In this document: in pieces, positions 40,663 through 49,593 of the stretch
Numbering within the stretch: position 1 is the first letter of the stretch
Layout of the letters: each line of letters starts with the position of its first letter
Virus record (IMG/VR): IMGVR_UViG_3300037424_000485
Location: 64,001-128,000 of that record
Length of the DNA stretch: 64,000 nt
Reading direction: 5' to 3' (one strand)
DNA from: a virus
Lineage: Duplodnaviria; Caudoviricetes
The notes under the pieces: model-generated
Databases searched by the model: none
Told to the model about the DNA's origin: nothing
The model's input: only the letters and a program-made list of their open reading frames with translations
Translations under genes and position numbers: made by a program

Positions 40663-41238
40663 ATGGATAATTATTATAGATATAAGTCTACATTAGATGA
40701 AAAAAATCTTATTAGTAGTATAGCATATGATATTAAACATGCTTTTAAAGATATGATTCTTAGGGCTATTAAAATTGGTTATATCCATACTGCCCATATG
40801 ACAACCCATGAATATAATTCCCTTATATATTATTTTGAGAAATGTCTAAGAAATGAAATTCAGCACATTATAGGTAGATCTTTCTATAGCCCATTGAGAT
40901 TTTCTATCAATCCTCCTAATCTTGAATATATCCATTCCATATCCATTAGATTAGAGATAGGAAATGATCCTCTTGTAATTGATACTGTATGGGAATATAA
41001 CAATATAGACCATATTCAAAGATATAACCGTGTGGATAGTTCAGACCATATAAATGCATCTGATCTATACAGTATATTATCTAATCCTGAAGCTAGAAGA
41101 ACTAGATATTATACACATCAGCATGTTGGGGTAGATGGTGAGATAAGATATTGTCCTTTTGAGTATAATATCGATAAACAAAAAAAAGAAAAACCTAAAG
41201 AAATCATTCCATCTAATTTATTTAGTATGGATGAATAA
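40663..41238 (+). CDS. hypothetical protein with PEELF-like tail
   Basis: Ends IIPSNLFSMDE. Confidence 0.5.
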   Translation: MDNYYRYKSTLDEKNLISSIAYDIKHAFKDMILRAIKIGYIHTAHMTTHEYNSLIYYFEKCLRNEIQHIIGRSFYSPLRFSINPPNLEYIHSISIRLEIGNDPLVIDTVWEYNNIDHIQRYNRVDSSDHINASDLYSILSNPEARRTRYYTHQHVGVDGEIRYCPFEYNIDKQKKEKPKEIIPSNLFSMDE

Positions 41239-41254
41239 TAGAAAAAGGAATTAG

Positions 41255-41992
41255 ATGTATATATTAACTGATGAAGAAAGAAAAAATCTGAAGGCTATTA
41301 TAGAACCATCAACCTCTATAATGACCAGATTTAGAGATAAAGCCCCCGGCTCTTATAAACATTGCCAAGCTGTATCTGCATTATGTGAAAATGTTGCCCT
41401 TGAGTTGGGTCTTGATGTAGATTTAATGTCTGCTGCTGGTATGCTCCATGATATTGGTAAGATAGTAAATCCAGGATATTTTACTGAGAATCAAGAGAAT
41501 GTCAATCCTCATGATGAATTAGATCCATTTGTATCATATCAGATTATAACAAGGCATATTAGCGATACTGTTTTAATGCTAACTCAAATGACAGATATTA
41601 CTCGTAAAGTTATCGAGATTGTATCAGAGCATCACGGAGATGCAATTTTAATGCCATTTTATCTAAAACAAAAGGAAAAAACTAAGAATGGTATATTAGA
41701 AGATAGGTTTAGATATAAAAGCAGAAAGCCAACAACTACTGAATCATCAGTGTTGATGATTGTCGATTGTATAGAGGCAACTGCCAAATCTATATATAAC
41801 TCTGGTAAGCAGATCAATGTTAAAGAGATGGTCGATTCTGCATTCATACGACTCGAAGATGATGAACAGCTTGACGAATTAAAGATAGGTATTAAAAGAA
41901 TTATCAAGCAAGTGATATACAAGGAAGTTGAGAGTATATACCATAAGAGAGTTTCTTATGAAGAATTAGAAAAGGAATCTCAAAATGTCTGA
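41255..41992 (+). CDS. stand-alone HDIG phosphodiesterase domain of the 7TM-HD/PgpH type
   Basis: APGSYKH, LHDIGK..NP.YF.ENQ..NPHDEL.P, EHHG, FRY...KP, LMIVDCIEA, DEQLDE, YHKR..Y. Confidence 0.8.
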   Translation: MYILTDEERKNLKAIIEPSTSIMTRFRDKAPGSYKHCQAVSALCENVALELGLDVDLMSAAGMLHDIGKIVNPGYFTENQENVNPHDELDPFVSYQIITRHISDTVLMLTQMTDITRKVIEIVSEHHGDAILMPFYLKQKEKTKNGILEDRFRYKSRKPTTTESSVLMIVDCIEATAKSIYNSGKQINVKEMVDSAFIRLEDDEQLDELKIGIKRIIKQVIYKEVESIYHKRVSYEELEKESQNV

Positions 41993-42320
41993 TTTATCTG
42001 ACTGTTTAAATGCAGTAAACGAAAAGACAGCATATACCTATAACAAAAAACATTGCAGCGGTTTTATGCTTGCAATGTGGTTATCTCATGATCCAGGGCT
42101 TATTGGTATTTGCAATAAAATAAACCCATATATATTCAATTTACCAGATGAGTTAATATATAAATATTTTAGAAAGAATGTTCCGAGTAAGAAGAGATAT
42201 TTAAAATGGACTAAAAAAATTGGTATTGGTATAGAAAAAGATTCAGAAATACAAGAGTTTATGGATAAATATGATGTATCTTCGAGAGAGGCCATGTTGT
42301 CTATAAGACGATTAAAGTAG
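41985..42320 (+). CDS. clamp loader small subunit (gp62-like)
   Basis: FML..WLS.D......N..N......Y.Y....VP.KKRYLKW.KK...Y.VS.REA pattern; lies near the gp44-like gene. Confidence 0.7.
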   Translation: MSDLSDCLNAVNEKTAYTYNKKHCSGFMLAMWLSHDPGLIGICNKINPYIFNLPDELIYKYFRKNVPSKKRYLKWTKKIGIGIEKDSEIQEFMDKYDVSSREAMLSIRRLK

Positions 42321-42322
42321 TT

Positions 42323-43177
42323 TTAATTGCATTTATTTCTTCTCATATCACAGCCTTTTTGCTTGTGTATTATATTGTGACATGCTTTGCATAATGTAAT
42401 ACAGTTATCAATATCAGCACTTTCAATAGGATTTATTTCTATCCCTTCAAAGTGGTGACAGTGTAATTGGGCATTGATATCACTACATTTTTGACACATC
42501 CAAATGTCTCTTTCTAATACTAATTTTCTTAATTGTGGTTGTACTTCTCTAGACGTGTTAGTTTTAAACCCTTTAGGATATACTTTTTGACCATATGTTC
42601 CACAAGATTTTTTGCAATTGTCAGAGCAATAAAGACTATTATCACTTGTATAATTTCCATTTATTGATAATATTCTACTAGATATGGACATATTAGTAGG
42701 CTTAAAATACTTACCACAATATTTGCATCTTACCTCAAGTGCTACGCCATCATCAGCCAATCTTGGCTCTTCTTCCATTGTTAGCTGATGAGCATATGTT
42801 TCGTATAATGCATGATATTTGTGATATTGTTTACACTTATTCTTTATATAATCAATATTATCAGTACGATATTGTTTACTTTTTTTCTTTATATAATCAA
42901 TATTATCGGTACGATATTGTTTCTTATATAAAGAAATGTCTTTTTTGTTGTCAATATAATATTGTTTTTGATATAACGAAACGTCTTTTTTGTTGTCAAT
43001 ATAATATTGTCTTGACTTCTCTATAATATCTTCTCTATTGTTAATATAGTGCTGTTTTCTACATTGTTTACAATTAAAGTTATGACCATCTTTTGCTGAT
43101 TTAGATATACCAAATTCATCAATAGATTTTATTTCATTACATTTAGTGCATTTTTTGGTATAAATATGGATAGACAT
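42323..43177 (-). CDS. HNH homing endonuclease (subtype B), antisense to the operon
   Basis: YYIDNKKD and YRTDNIDYIK tandem repeats plus the family HNH module. Confidence 0.85.
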   Translation of the reverse strand: MSIHIYTKKCTKCNEIKSIDEFGISKSAKDGHNFNCKQCRKQHYINNREDIIEKSRQYYIDNKKDVSLYQKQYYIDNKKDISLYKKQYRTDNIDYIKKKSKQYRTDNIDYIKNKCKQYHKYHALYETYAHQLTMEEEPRLADDGVALEVRCKYCGKYFKPTNMSISSRILSINGNYTSDNSLYCSDNCKKSCGTYGQKVYPKGFKTNTSREVQPQLRKLVLERDIWMCQKCSDINAQLHCHHFEGIEINPIESADIDNCITLCKACHNIIHKQKGCDMRRNKCN

Positions 43178-43200
43178 GATTTACTCCTTCAAAGTAGATT

Positions 43201-44076
43201 GTGGTTAGAAACCCATTAGCTATTAGCGTAGCAATGGGTTTTGTTATTTCTATTAGTATTTATATAAACTGGTTTACATTTCTGTTATTTTATAGTATTC
43301 TATATATAATATATAAAACAAGGAGAATTATATTGAACGTAAATATTGATAGCTTTAAAAATTTGTTGTTAAAGGGAACTCTTAATTATTCCTCATCGAA
43401 TATTGGCTTTACTGTAGATAAAGAAAGGATAAGAGTTGGTATGCGTGGAGATAATTATGTGGTTATCTTAAAAATGAATAATGATTTAATCCCAGATGTA
43501 AAAGGAGAAGCATCATTTTATTTTGACGAACCAAGTAACCAAATACGAACCCATTTAGATTTATTATCTGACTGTGAGAATGTAGAGATTGGTATTAAAG
43601 ACAATCATATTATTTTAAATGCGGATGGGCAAAAAAGTGTTATTCATTTCTGTTCTCCAAATTTAGTACCAACTTTTAGCGGTTCAGGCCCAAAAACAGA
43701 TGGCGTACATGTGTATGATGTAAAGATAAGTCATGAGTGGATGTATAATCTAGATAAAATTCAAAAAATAGCTAGTAAATTTAAGAAGATATATTTTGTT
43801 GTTAAGAATGGTAAAATATATATTGAAGCAACTGATAAAACAAACAGCTACTCTAATGGTCTGACATTCGAGCTAGGATCTACTGACCTATCAGATACAA
43901 TTATGTGTTTCGATTTTAAACCATTTTCCAATGCATTTAAGGTATTGGGGGATAGATATGAGGAATTCACCATGTCTGTTAATTATATAGAAAAACTGAA
44001 TGCAGGTATTATATCCTTTATTAATGAAGACGGAAGTGAAAAATATTTCATTTTAAGCAAAGATGATATAGATTAA
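43201..44076 (+). CDS. probable sliding clamp (gp45/PCNA-like); likely TTG start near 43334
   Basis: About 250-aa two-domain beta-rich protein next to the clamp loader genes; AGGAG RBS before LNVNIDSFK. Confidence 0.55.
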   Translation: MVRNPLAISVAMGFVISISIYINWFTFLLFYSILYIIYKTRRIILNVNIDSFKNLLLKGTLNYSSSNIGFTVDKERIRVGMRGDNYVVILKMNNDLIPDVKGEASFYFDEPSNQIRTHLDLLSDCENVEIGIKDNHIILNADGQKSVIHFCSPNLVPTFSGSGPKTDGVHVYDVKISHEWMYNLDKIQKIASKFKKIYFVVKNGKIYIEATDKTNSYSNGLTFELGSTDLSDTIMCFDFKPFSNAFKVLGDRYEEFTMSVNYIEKLNAGIISFINEDGSEKYFILSKDDID

Positions 44077-44085
44077 AAATAAATG

Positions 44086-44114
44086 TTGACATATTATATC
44101 ACATAGGGTATAGT
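44086..44114 (+). promoter_or_regulatory. strong sigma70-like promoter
   Basis: TTGACA-17 nt-TATAGT. Confidence 0.75.
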
Positions 44115-44218
44115 ATCTTTCATAATGAAGAGGATATGTTGTTAAAGTAAATAGGTTAGTCTCAATCCACGGATGATGATAGATCCAAAACTTTAACAAC
44201 ATAAACTCAAAAAAGGGG

Positions 44219-44247
44219 TTGACATTATAATTCATAAAGAGTATAGT
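44219..44247 (+). promoter_or_regulatory. strong sigma70-like promoter upstream of the Ubl gene
   Basis: TTGACA-17 nt-TATAGT. Confidence 0.75.
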
Positions 44248-44310
44248 GTCTATTAAATAGTAGAGGGATTAATATAGTCCCTAATTAAAGGTGTGTTAGA
44301 ATAATCTAAC

Positions 44311-44595
44311 ATGTTAATCAAAATTGTAAAAAGGAGATTTAAAATGGCTTGGAACACTGAAACTACCCATGTTGCAAATGTAACCACTATTACCGTAAAT
44401 GGCTCTCGTCAGTCACTTGATTCATCAGTGGGCGAATCTTTCGGTTCGACTGTTGTAGAAGCAGCAGTCGCCGCAAATATGGGCAAATTCCGCGTATTTC
44501 TTAATGGAGCGGAGATTGATCAGGCAGATGCACCCACCACTATTACAGCTGGCATGGCTATTGAGCTGAAGCCCTACGATGTAGCAGGGATGTAA
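44311..44595 (+). CDS. ubiquitin-like beta-grasp protein (probable start 44344, 83 aa)
   Basis: TITVNG...helix...FRVFLNG..I...ITAGMAIELKPYDVAG-M; ThiS/Ubl-like topology; AAGGAG RBS; E1 and JAB genes nearby. Confidence 0.7.
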   Translation: MLIKIVKRRFKMAWNTETTHVANVTTITVNGSRQSLDSSVGESFGSTVVEAAVAANMGKFRVFLNGAEIDQADAPTTITAGMAIELKPYDVAGM

Positions 44596-44859
44596 TGTCG
44601 TAAAATCAATGACTTATGTTGTTGAACATGAGGACATCCGATATACCATTTTTAGCAAGTTATAATACCAGAGATTTGTACAATCTCGTCCCATGAAAGG
44701 ATACTTTCAGGTTATCATATCTCCCTTGTTAGGTGTATCAAAAATGTCATTTTATTAGCTGTTGACTCTGTGCTGGTTGTCCTATCAATGTACAGATAGA
44801 TTAAGAGGGTAGAAGTAGGACTGATGACCCTTTTGTTAATTTAAAATGATGTCCTCTTT

Positions 44860-44900
44860 TAAGGGATATAGACCAAACGGTTTATATCCCTTATTTTTTT
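44860..44900 (+). terminator. intrinsic terminator
   Basis: TAAGGGATATAGACC-AAAC-GGTTTATATCCCTTA followed by T7. Confidence 0.85.
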
Positions 44901-44920
44901 GCCTTTTACAATAATAACTC

Positions 44921-44949
44921 TTGACAGATAATAATTTTTCTTATATATT
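44921..44949 (+). promoter_or_regulatory. sigma70-like promoter
   Basis: TTGACA-17 nt-TATATT. Confidence 0.7.
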
Positions 44950-45018
44950 AGGGGAAATGATTGTATTTTATTAATTATTAAAACTAAGGAAAAAATATGT
45001 GGACAACAGCAAGTAATA

Positions 45019-45414
45019 ATGGGAAAATCTCAAAAAAACATATGCCCTGAGTGTCATTGTGAGATTGGGGCTTTTCCTCTAACTTTTAAGGATGGAAGTC
45101 TGGGATGTGAAGAGTGTGTATTAGAGGATAATAAAAAGATAAAGTTTTCATGGTATCTAGACAATTATCCCTCTCTTGATATTGATGACTGCGAACGTCT
45201 TGATGAATATGGTGATATTACAAAACTAAAAAATAAATGGGTCACTATTATTTTTGGGGATTTTTTAAGTGCCTTGTGGTGTGCTGGATTTGATAATAAA
45301 CAAGATGTTGAAGATTTTCTTAAAGATTCCATCGAAGAAATCAATTCGGATTCAGATATAATCGTGTACCATTTTGGTAAGGTAGTTAATTGGAAATTTT
45401 CTATCGAAGATTGA
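45019..45414 (+). CDS. hypothetical protein with N-terminal Zn finger
   Basis: CPEC...CEEC. Confidence 0.55.
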   Translation: MGKSQKNICPECHCEIGAFPLTFKDGSLGCEECVLEDNKKIKFSWYLDNYPSLDIDDCERLDEYGDITKLKNKWVTIIFGDFLSALWCAGFDNKQDVEDFLKDSIEEINSDSDIIVYHFGKVVNWKFSIED

Positions 45415-45422
45415 AATAATCC

Positions 45423-45451
45423 TTGACTTTTAATAGTTATGGGATTAAGAT
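45423..45451 (+). promoter_or_regulatory. sigma70-like promoter
   Basis: TTGACT-17 nt-TAAGAT. Confidence 0.65.
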
Positions 45452-45498
45452 AGCCCAGATAGTATAAACAAATATTAATTCTAACTAAGGAAAATAAA

Positions 45499-46380
45499 AT
45501 GGTATCGTCAAAAACAGATGTTGAAAAACTACAAAAAGAGGTGTCTCTAGGAGTAGATGAAATCATCTCTGGTATCGATCTCACAGATATTCGTGCCTCT
45601 GGTATTATCATCACCGTAGGTGGAAAGCGCGTAAGGCTTGAGGTTGCTGAAGAGCAGATAGTTGAAGAAGATGCAATTCGTAAAGAACTGACTGAAAAAT
45701 TCAATGAGAAGCTTCAGTCAATTCGTAGCTTCGTTAATGAGAAGGCTATGAGTATTGAAAATGTACTCTCCACATATCGTAATGATTACGAAAAGAAAGA
45801 AAAAGCTCTTGATATTCGTCTTTCAGAGGCTAATATCATGCCAGACATTACACGCTCTCACTCATACAAGGGACTTTCTGTTGTTAAGGGTGGAGGGCCT
45901 ACTTATGCTGGTAGGGCTGATGTGTTTACATGGATCTATCGCACCACATATAAACCCACTAGGTGGAATGGCATTCCTCTAAATCAAAATTTTGCAAAGA
46001 AGATGATTACACCTATCATTATTGAACTTACAACTGAGAGAGATAAAATTCTTGCAATTCGTGTCAAAACATATATTGGAGATAGGGATTTTAGTCACTA
46101 TCACAACAATTGTTGGGGTGAATGGAAATATAGTGCAGAGATAGTAAAGACACCTGATGATATCCTACGTGTTTGTGAAACAGCATCTGCTGTACTTGAT
46201 AATATCAATGGAAGGTCTTTAGCTCAGAGTGCTCCGAATGGTTTGCCTAGAGCATCTACCGTTGAAAAAAATGTTATCAAAACAAATCCAGGGGCATCAA
46301 CTGTTGTATCGAGTAATAGAGCAGATGAAAGGGCCGGTCTTGATATGACTGTAGAACCTGATTCTGGATGGACAACTTGA
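45499..46380 (+). CDS. coiled-coil plus putative prokaryotic E2-like domain
   Basis: FSHYHNNCWG (H-x-H...C-x-G), then a helix and LDNIN; sits between Ubl and E1. Confidence 0.5.
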   Translation: MVSSKTDVEKLQKEVSLGVDEIISGIDLTDIRASGIIITVGGKRVRLEVAEEQIVEEDAIRKELTEKFNEKLQSIRSFVNEKAMSIENVLSTYRNDYEKKEKALDIRLSEANIMPDITRSHSYKGLSVVKGGGPTYAGRADVFTWIYRTTYKPTRWNGIPLNQNFAKKMITPIIIELTTERDKILAIRVKTYIGDRDFSHYHNNCWGEWKYSAEIVKTPDDILRVCETASAVLDNINGRSLAQSAPNGLPRASTVEKNVIKTNPGASTVVSSNRADERAGLDMTVEPDSGWTT

Positions 46381-46490
46381 TTAAAACATAAGGGGTCGAA
46401 ATATACCCCTTATAGTAAGGTATGGATATCTTGTCTAATAATAATAATATTTCTGAAAATAGTTGAGTTCTTTTATTCATTAAAAACTTC

Positions 46491-46518
46491 TTGACTATAC
46501 CTAAAAATATGGTATATT
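46491..46518 (+). promoter_or_regulatory. sigma70-like promoter (extended -10)
   Basis: TTGACT-16 nt (ending TGG)-TATATT. Confidence 0.6.
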
Positions 46519-46555
46519 GTCTTTATAGATTAAATATTAACAAAGAGAGGGATAT

Positions 46556-47167
46556 ATGTCACTAGGTGGAACGCTTTATAATCGTCAAGAAACATTAGGT
46601 CTAAATGTTGATCAATCCGTGGTTTGTATCGGCGCGGGTGGAATTGGATTCCATGTAACCAAAATGCTTGCAATGTCTGGTATTAAAAATCTGTTTGTGT
46701 TTGATACAGACATTTTTGAAGAGCATAATCTTAATCGTATCGACTGTCCTACTGATTGTATTGGTATGAACAAAGCTGATGCTATCAAGATGTTCGTTGA
46801 GCAGATGCGTCCAGATTGCTATATTAAAGCATTCCCATATCAATTCTCTCCATCTTTTGTTAATATGGCAGAAATTGATTGGATTGTTGACTGTACCGAT
46901 GTTTTTGAAGCACAATTGAAACATCAGGGATTTGCAGATCAATACAAAGTAAAGTACCAGAAAGCTGGATATGATGGAGAATCAATGTCCATCAATAGCA
47001 GAGTTGGCACATGGGATACAGGTAATACTCCTGATGGTTATCAAATAACCCCCTCATGGGTTGTTCCTACTATTATTATTGCGGCTTTGGCTGTTGGGAA
47101 AGTTCTGAAATATACAACTGGTGAGATGGGTTGTAATTTAAAAGACTTTTATACATTATCAGATTAA
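46556..47167 (+). CDS. ThiF/E1-like adenylating enzyme
   Basis: YNRQ, IGAGGIG, FDTDIFEEHNLNR, NKAD, VDCTD. Confidence 0.9.
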   Translation: MSLGGTLYNRQETLGLNVDQSVVCIGAGGIGFHVTKMLAMSGIKNLFVFDTDIFEEHNLNRIDCPTDCIGMNKADAIKMFVEQMRPDCYIKAFPYQFSPSFVNMAEIDWIVDCTDVFEAQLKHQGFADQYKVKYQKAGYDGESMSINSRVGTWDTGNTPDGYQITPSWVVPTIIIAALAVGKVLKYTTGEMGCNLKDFYTLSD

Positions 47168-47185
47168 TACAATAGAGGAATAACC

Positions 47186-47650
47186 ATGGTTAATATTACA
47201 TGCAAGAAAATACAGACATATGTAATCAGTGCTGATGAGATTTACAATCTCATCTTAGATAAATATGATGCTGTTGATGGTAAATTTGGACAATTGTTCC
47301 TATATAAAGAGACTGTATCTACAGTTATTGATAAACAAGATTTATTTGAATTTTCTATTGTTCTTAATGATAATGAAAAGGCGTTTAAATTACCACCATA
47401 TAACACTGGTGGTGAATGTATATCAGTAAATAAGGCGTGGGAAGTTCCAGCAACTCCTTTATCTCTGAACGAACCATGGACAGTTACACCTATTAAACAT
47501 GTACATCCTGAAAGTAAACCATTTATTGGTGACTCATGGACAACAGAAAAACCCAGCGATCTCCCCATTATAGACGATATTTATTCTGTTGTGGATAATG
47601 ATCTTCCTATCGTGGATGATGATTTTGAAGAGGCCGGTGGTTCACAATAA
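47186..47650 (+). CDS. hypothetical protein with acidic low-complexity tail
   Basis: GAGGA RBS; lies between E1 and JAB. Confidence 0.55.
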   Translation: MVNITCKKIQTYVISADEIYNLILDKYDAVDGKFGQLFLYKETVSTVIDKQDLFEFSIVLNDNEKAFKLPPYNTGGECISVNKAWEVPATPLSLNEPWTVTPIKHVHPESKPFIGDSWTTEKPSDLPIIDDIYSVVDNDLPIVDDDFEEAGGSQ

Positions 47651-47676
47651 GTTATACAATAATATCAATACTATAG

Positions 47677-49140
47677 GTGGACATGATGGGATTGCGAAGA
47701 CAGAAATATAAAGGGATGATAAAAAATAGAAATGTAAAAAGTATCTTGGATCAATTTAAAGAGAGGGATATCGATAAAGGACGAGATATGTATATCCACT
47801 CAGATTCATGTATTAAAAATGACTGTAATATCCCCCTAAATGTAAGAGGTGGTTTGCTTGGTAGAGTATTTACGCCTAGTGTGGTATATACCCCACCAGC
47901 TCCCGATTACTGGCAAGCACCAGAGCCAAAAGAGATTAAATATCATGCTCTAGCTCCACAACAACATGATGTTATTTTTACTCAATTGGTAAAAGCAAAA
48001 ATCGATACTCTGATGTCTGCATATCCTAACATTGAGTGGCTGGTATATCTGTCTGGAAAGAGAGAGGACAATACAACATATATTAACGATTTGATTGTTC
48101 CTGTTCAGAGTGTTACCAGTGTCCGTGTTGATAAAATTGAACTTGAGAATATGGGATCTCTTCCTATTGTTGGTGTTATGCACTCACATCATGGTATGGG
48201 AAACGGTTTCTCAGGTACTGATGATATGTTTATCAATGCAAACCATCTTCTGTCTTTGTGTATCTCACATGGTGGTATCAACGGTCAATTTCGATGGGGT
48301 ACTCCTGAAGGTGATCAGGTTATGATCAAAGCATCTGTAAAAATTGAATACAGCTTTGGTTTTGATGCTGAAGAATTTAAAAAGCATTGTAGTGAAAATA
48401 TCTCAGAAATTACATACGCTAATCACGGACGTAATTTTGGATATCTCACCAATACACGAAATGCATATTGTAACATTATGAATCCATCACTTGATGATTT
48501 GATGGAAGAATTATCTGATGGAGATACTGATGGAATCGGATTCATGCATCATGGATCTACAGATATTGCCAATATTCCTAACAATTTTATCATACCGCCT
48601 GATAATTGCCCTTCTTGTAATAGTGTAGATATTGTCGATAGCGGGGATGGATGGTTCTGTAGTGTATGTGGTGATGAAGGATATCATTTCGAGGAAGGTA
48701 GCATTGGATTCAATGATGTCCCTGTTGATGAGCATCGATATTTTGATAATATTTCAGAAAGACCCAAAGAAAGCGTCAAATCTAATACATATCCTCTTAA
48801 ATCAGAGGATTTTGAAGAGGCCGAGAGTTTAGGATATATCCAATGTGAGAGGTGTTTATCCCATTTCGATAAAATTGATGTGTATATGGGAAATCATCCA
48901 ACAGATCATATTGACGGAGATCCTGAGTGTTCTCTGTGTAAGGAGTGTTTCGTAATATTGAAATATCATCCTAAAGCATCAACAGTTCCATTTACCTGGA
49001 CTACATCAAAGGAAGTAGAGGTAATTACAGACGGTGTTCAATGTGCTAAGTGTGATTCAATTCATATTGTTGATAACATTGTTAGCACTCCAATAGGTAA
49101 TATCTGTAGAGGATGTTATAATCTTTGGTTAAGAAGGTAA
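47677..49140 (+). CDS. JAB/MPN+ metalloprotease with C-terminal Zn fingers
   Basis: IEWLVYL..., GVMHSHHGM...FSGTDD (E...HxH-x7-S-x2-D); CPSC/CSVC/CERC/CAKC tail. Confidence 0.85.
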   Translation: MDMMGLRRQKYKGMIKNRNVKSILDQFKERDIDKGRDMYIHSDSCIKNDCNIPLNVRGGLLGRVFTPSVVYTPPAPDYWQAPEPKEIKYHALAPQQHDVIFTQLVKAKIDTLMSAYPNIEWLVYLSGKREDNTTYINDLIVPVQSVTSVRVDKIELENMGSLPIVGVMHSHHGMGNGFSGTDDMFINANHLLSLCISHGGINGQFRWGTPEGDQVMIKASVKIEYSFGFDAEEFKKHCSENISEITYANHGRNFGYLTNTRNAYCNIMNPSLDDLMEELSDGDTDGIGFMHHGSTDIANIPNNFIIPPDNCPSCNSVDIVDSGDGWFCSVCGDEGYHFEEGSIGFNDVPVDEHRYFDNISERPKESVKSNTYPLKSEDFEEAESLGYIQCERCLSHFDKIDVYMGNHPTDHIDGDPECSLCKECFVILKYHPKASTVPFTWTTSKEVEVITDGVQCAKCDSIHIVDNIVSTPIGNICRGCYNLWLRR

Positions 49141-49179
49141 TAATGTTTTAAATATAGCAGAAAATGTGAGGAATTATTT

Positions 49180-49593
49180 ATGGTTTATAGGGATTCTGAA
49201 GGGGCCGAATGTAATTTGTTACAGATGGTGAAAAGAGAGCCAGAATGGGCGGCATCCAGGGTGATCGAAGGCGATCAGGCTATTAAAAGAGTGTCAGAAT
49301 TAGAGCACACGCTTAAAGAGATAACAACAGACCTACATGATGTGAGATCAGACCTACATGATGTGAGATCAGATCTACATGATGTGAGATCAGATCTATT
49401 ATTGTTTTGTTTATTCATTATCTTCAATGGAAAAGGAGGATTGATGAACATCATAAGAGTAGGTGGATTTATCGCTTGCTTTACAATTTTAATCTTAGGA
49501 GTTTATGACCACAATCTTGTAGAGGCATTAGGATGGGGAGCTGCTTCCCTTTATATGGGATGGGTAGTTGCGAAAGGGTTTCTTAAAGCATAA
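49180..49593 (+). CDS. hypothetical membrane protein with internal heptad repeats
   Basis: DLHDVRS x3 and hydrophobic C-terminus. Confidence 0.5.
   Translation: MVYRDSEGAECNLLQMVKREPEWAASRVIEGDQAIKRVSELEHTLKEITTDLHDVRSDLHDVRSDLHDVRSDLLLFCLFIIFNGKGGLMNIIRVGGFIACFTILILGVYDHNLVEALGWGAASLYMGWVVAKGFLKA
49330..49398 (+). repeat. 21-nt tandem repeat (about 3.3 copies)
   Basis: GA(C/T)CTACATGATGTGAGATCA directly repeated with no spacers. Confidence 0.95.

Noticed and set aside
43201-43333. Hydrophobic N-terminal extension of the clamp-like ORF
   Set aside because: It is the antisense of the HNH leader; a better RBS and TTG start lie near 43334
44821-44827. CTGATGA hammerhead ribozyme core
   Set aside because: No stem II followed by GAAA and no closing stems or cleavage triplet could be assembled
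45165-45704. Long antisense ORFs in the track (for example 45165-45704, 6981-7475, 11097-11603, 27513-27983)
   Set aside because: They shadow well-supported genes on the other strand and show no motifs or RBS
49330-49398. Possible CRISPR array
   Set aside because: Repeats are contiguous with no unique spacers, in frame within an ORF, and no cas genes are present
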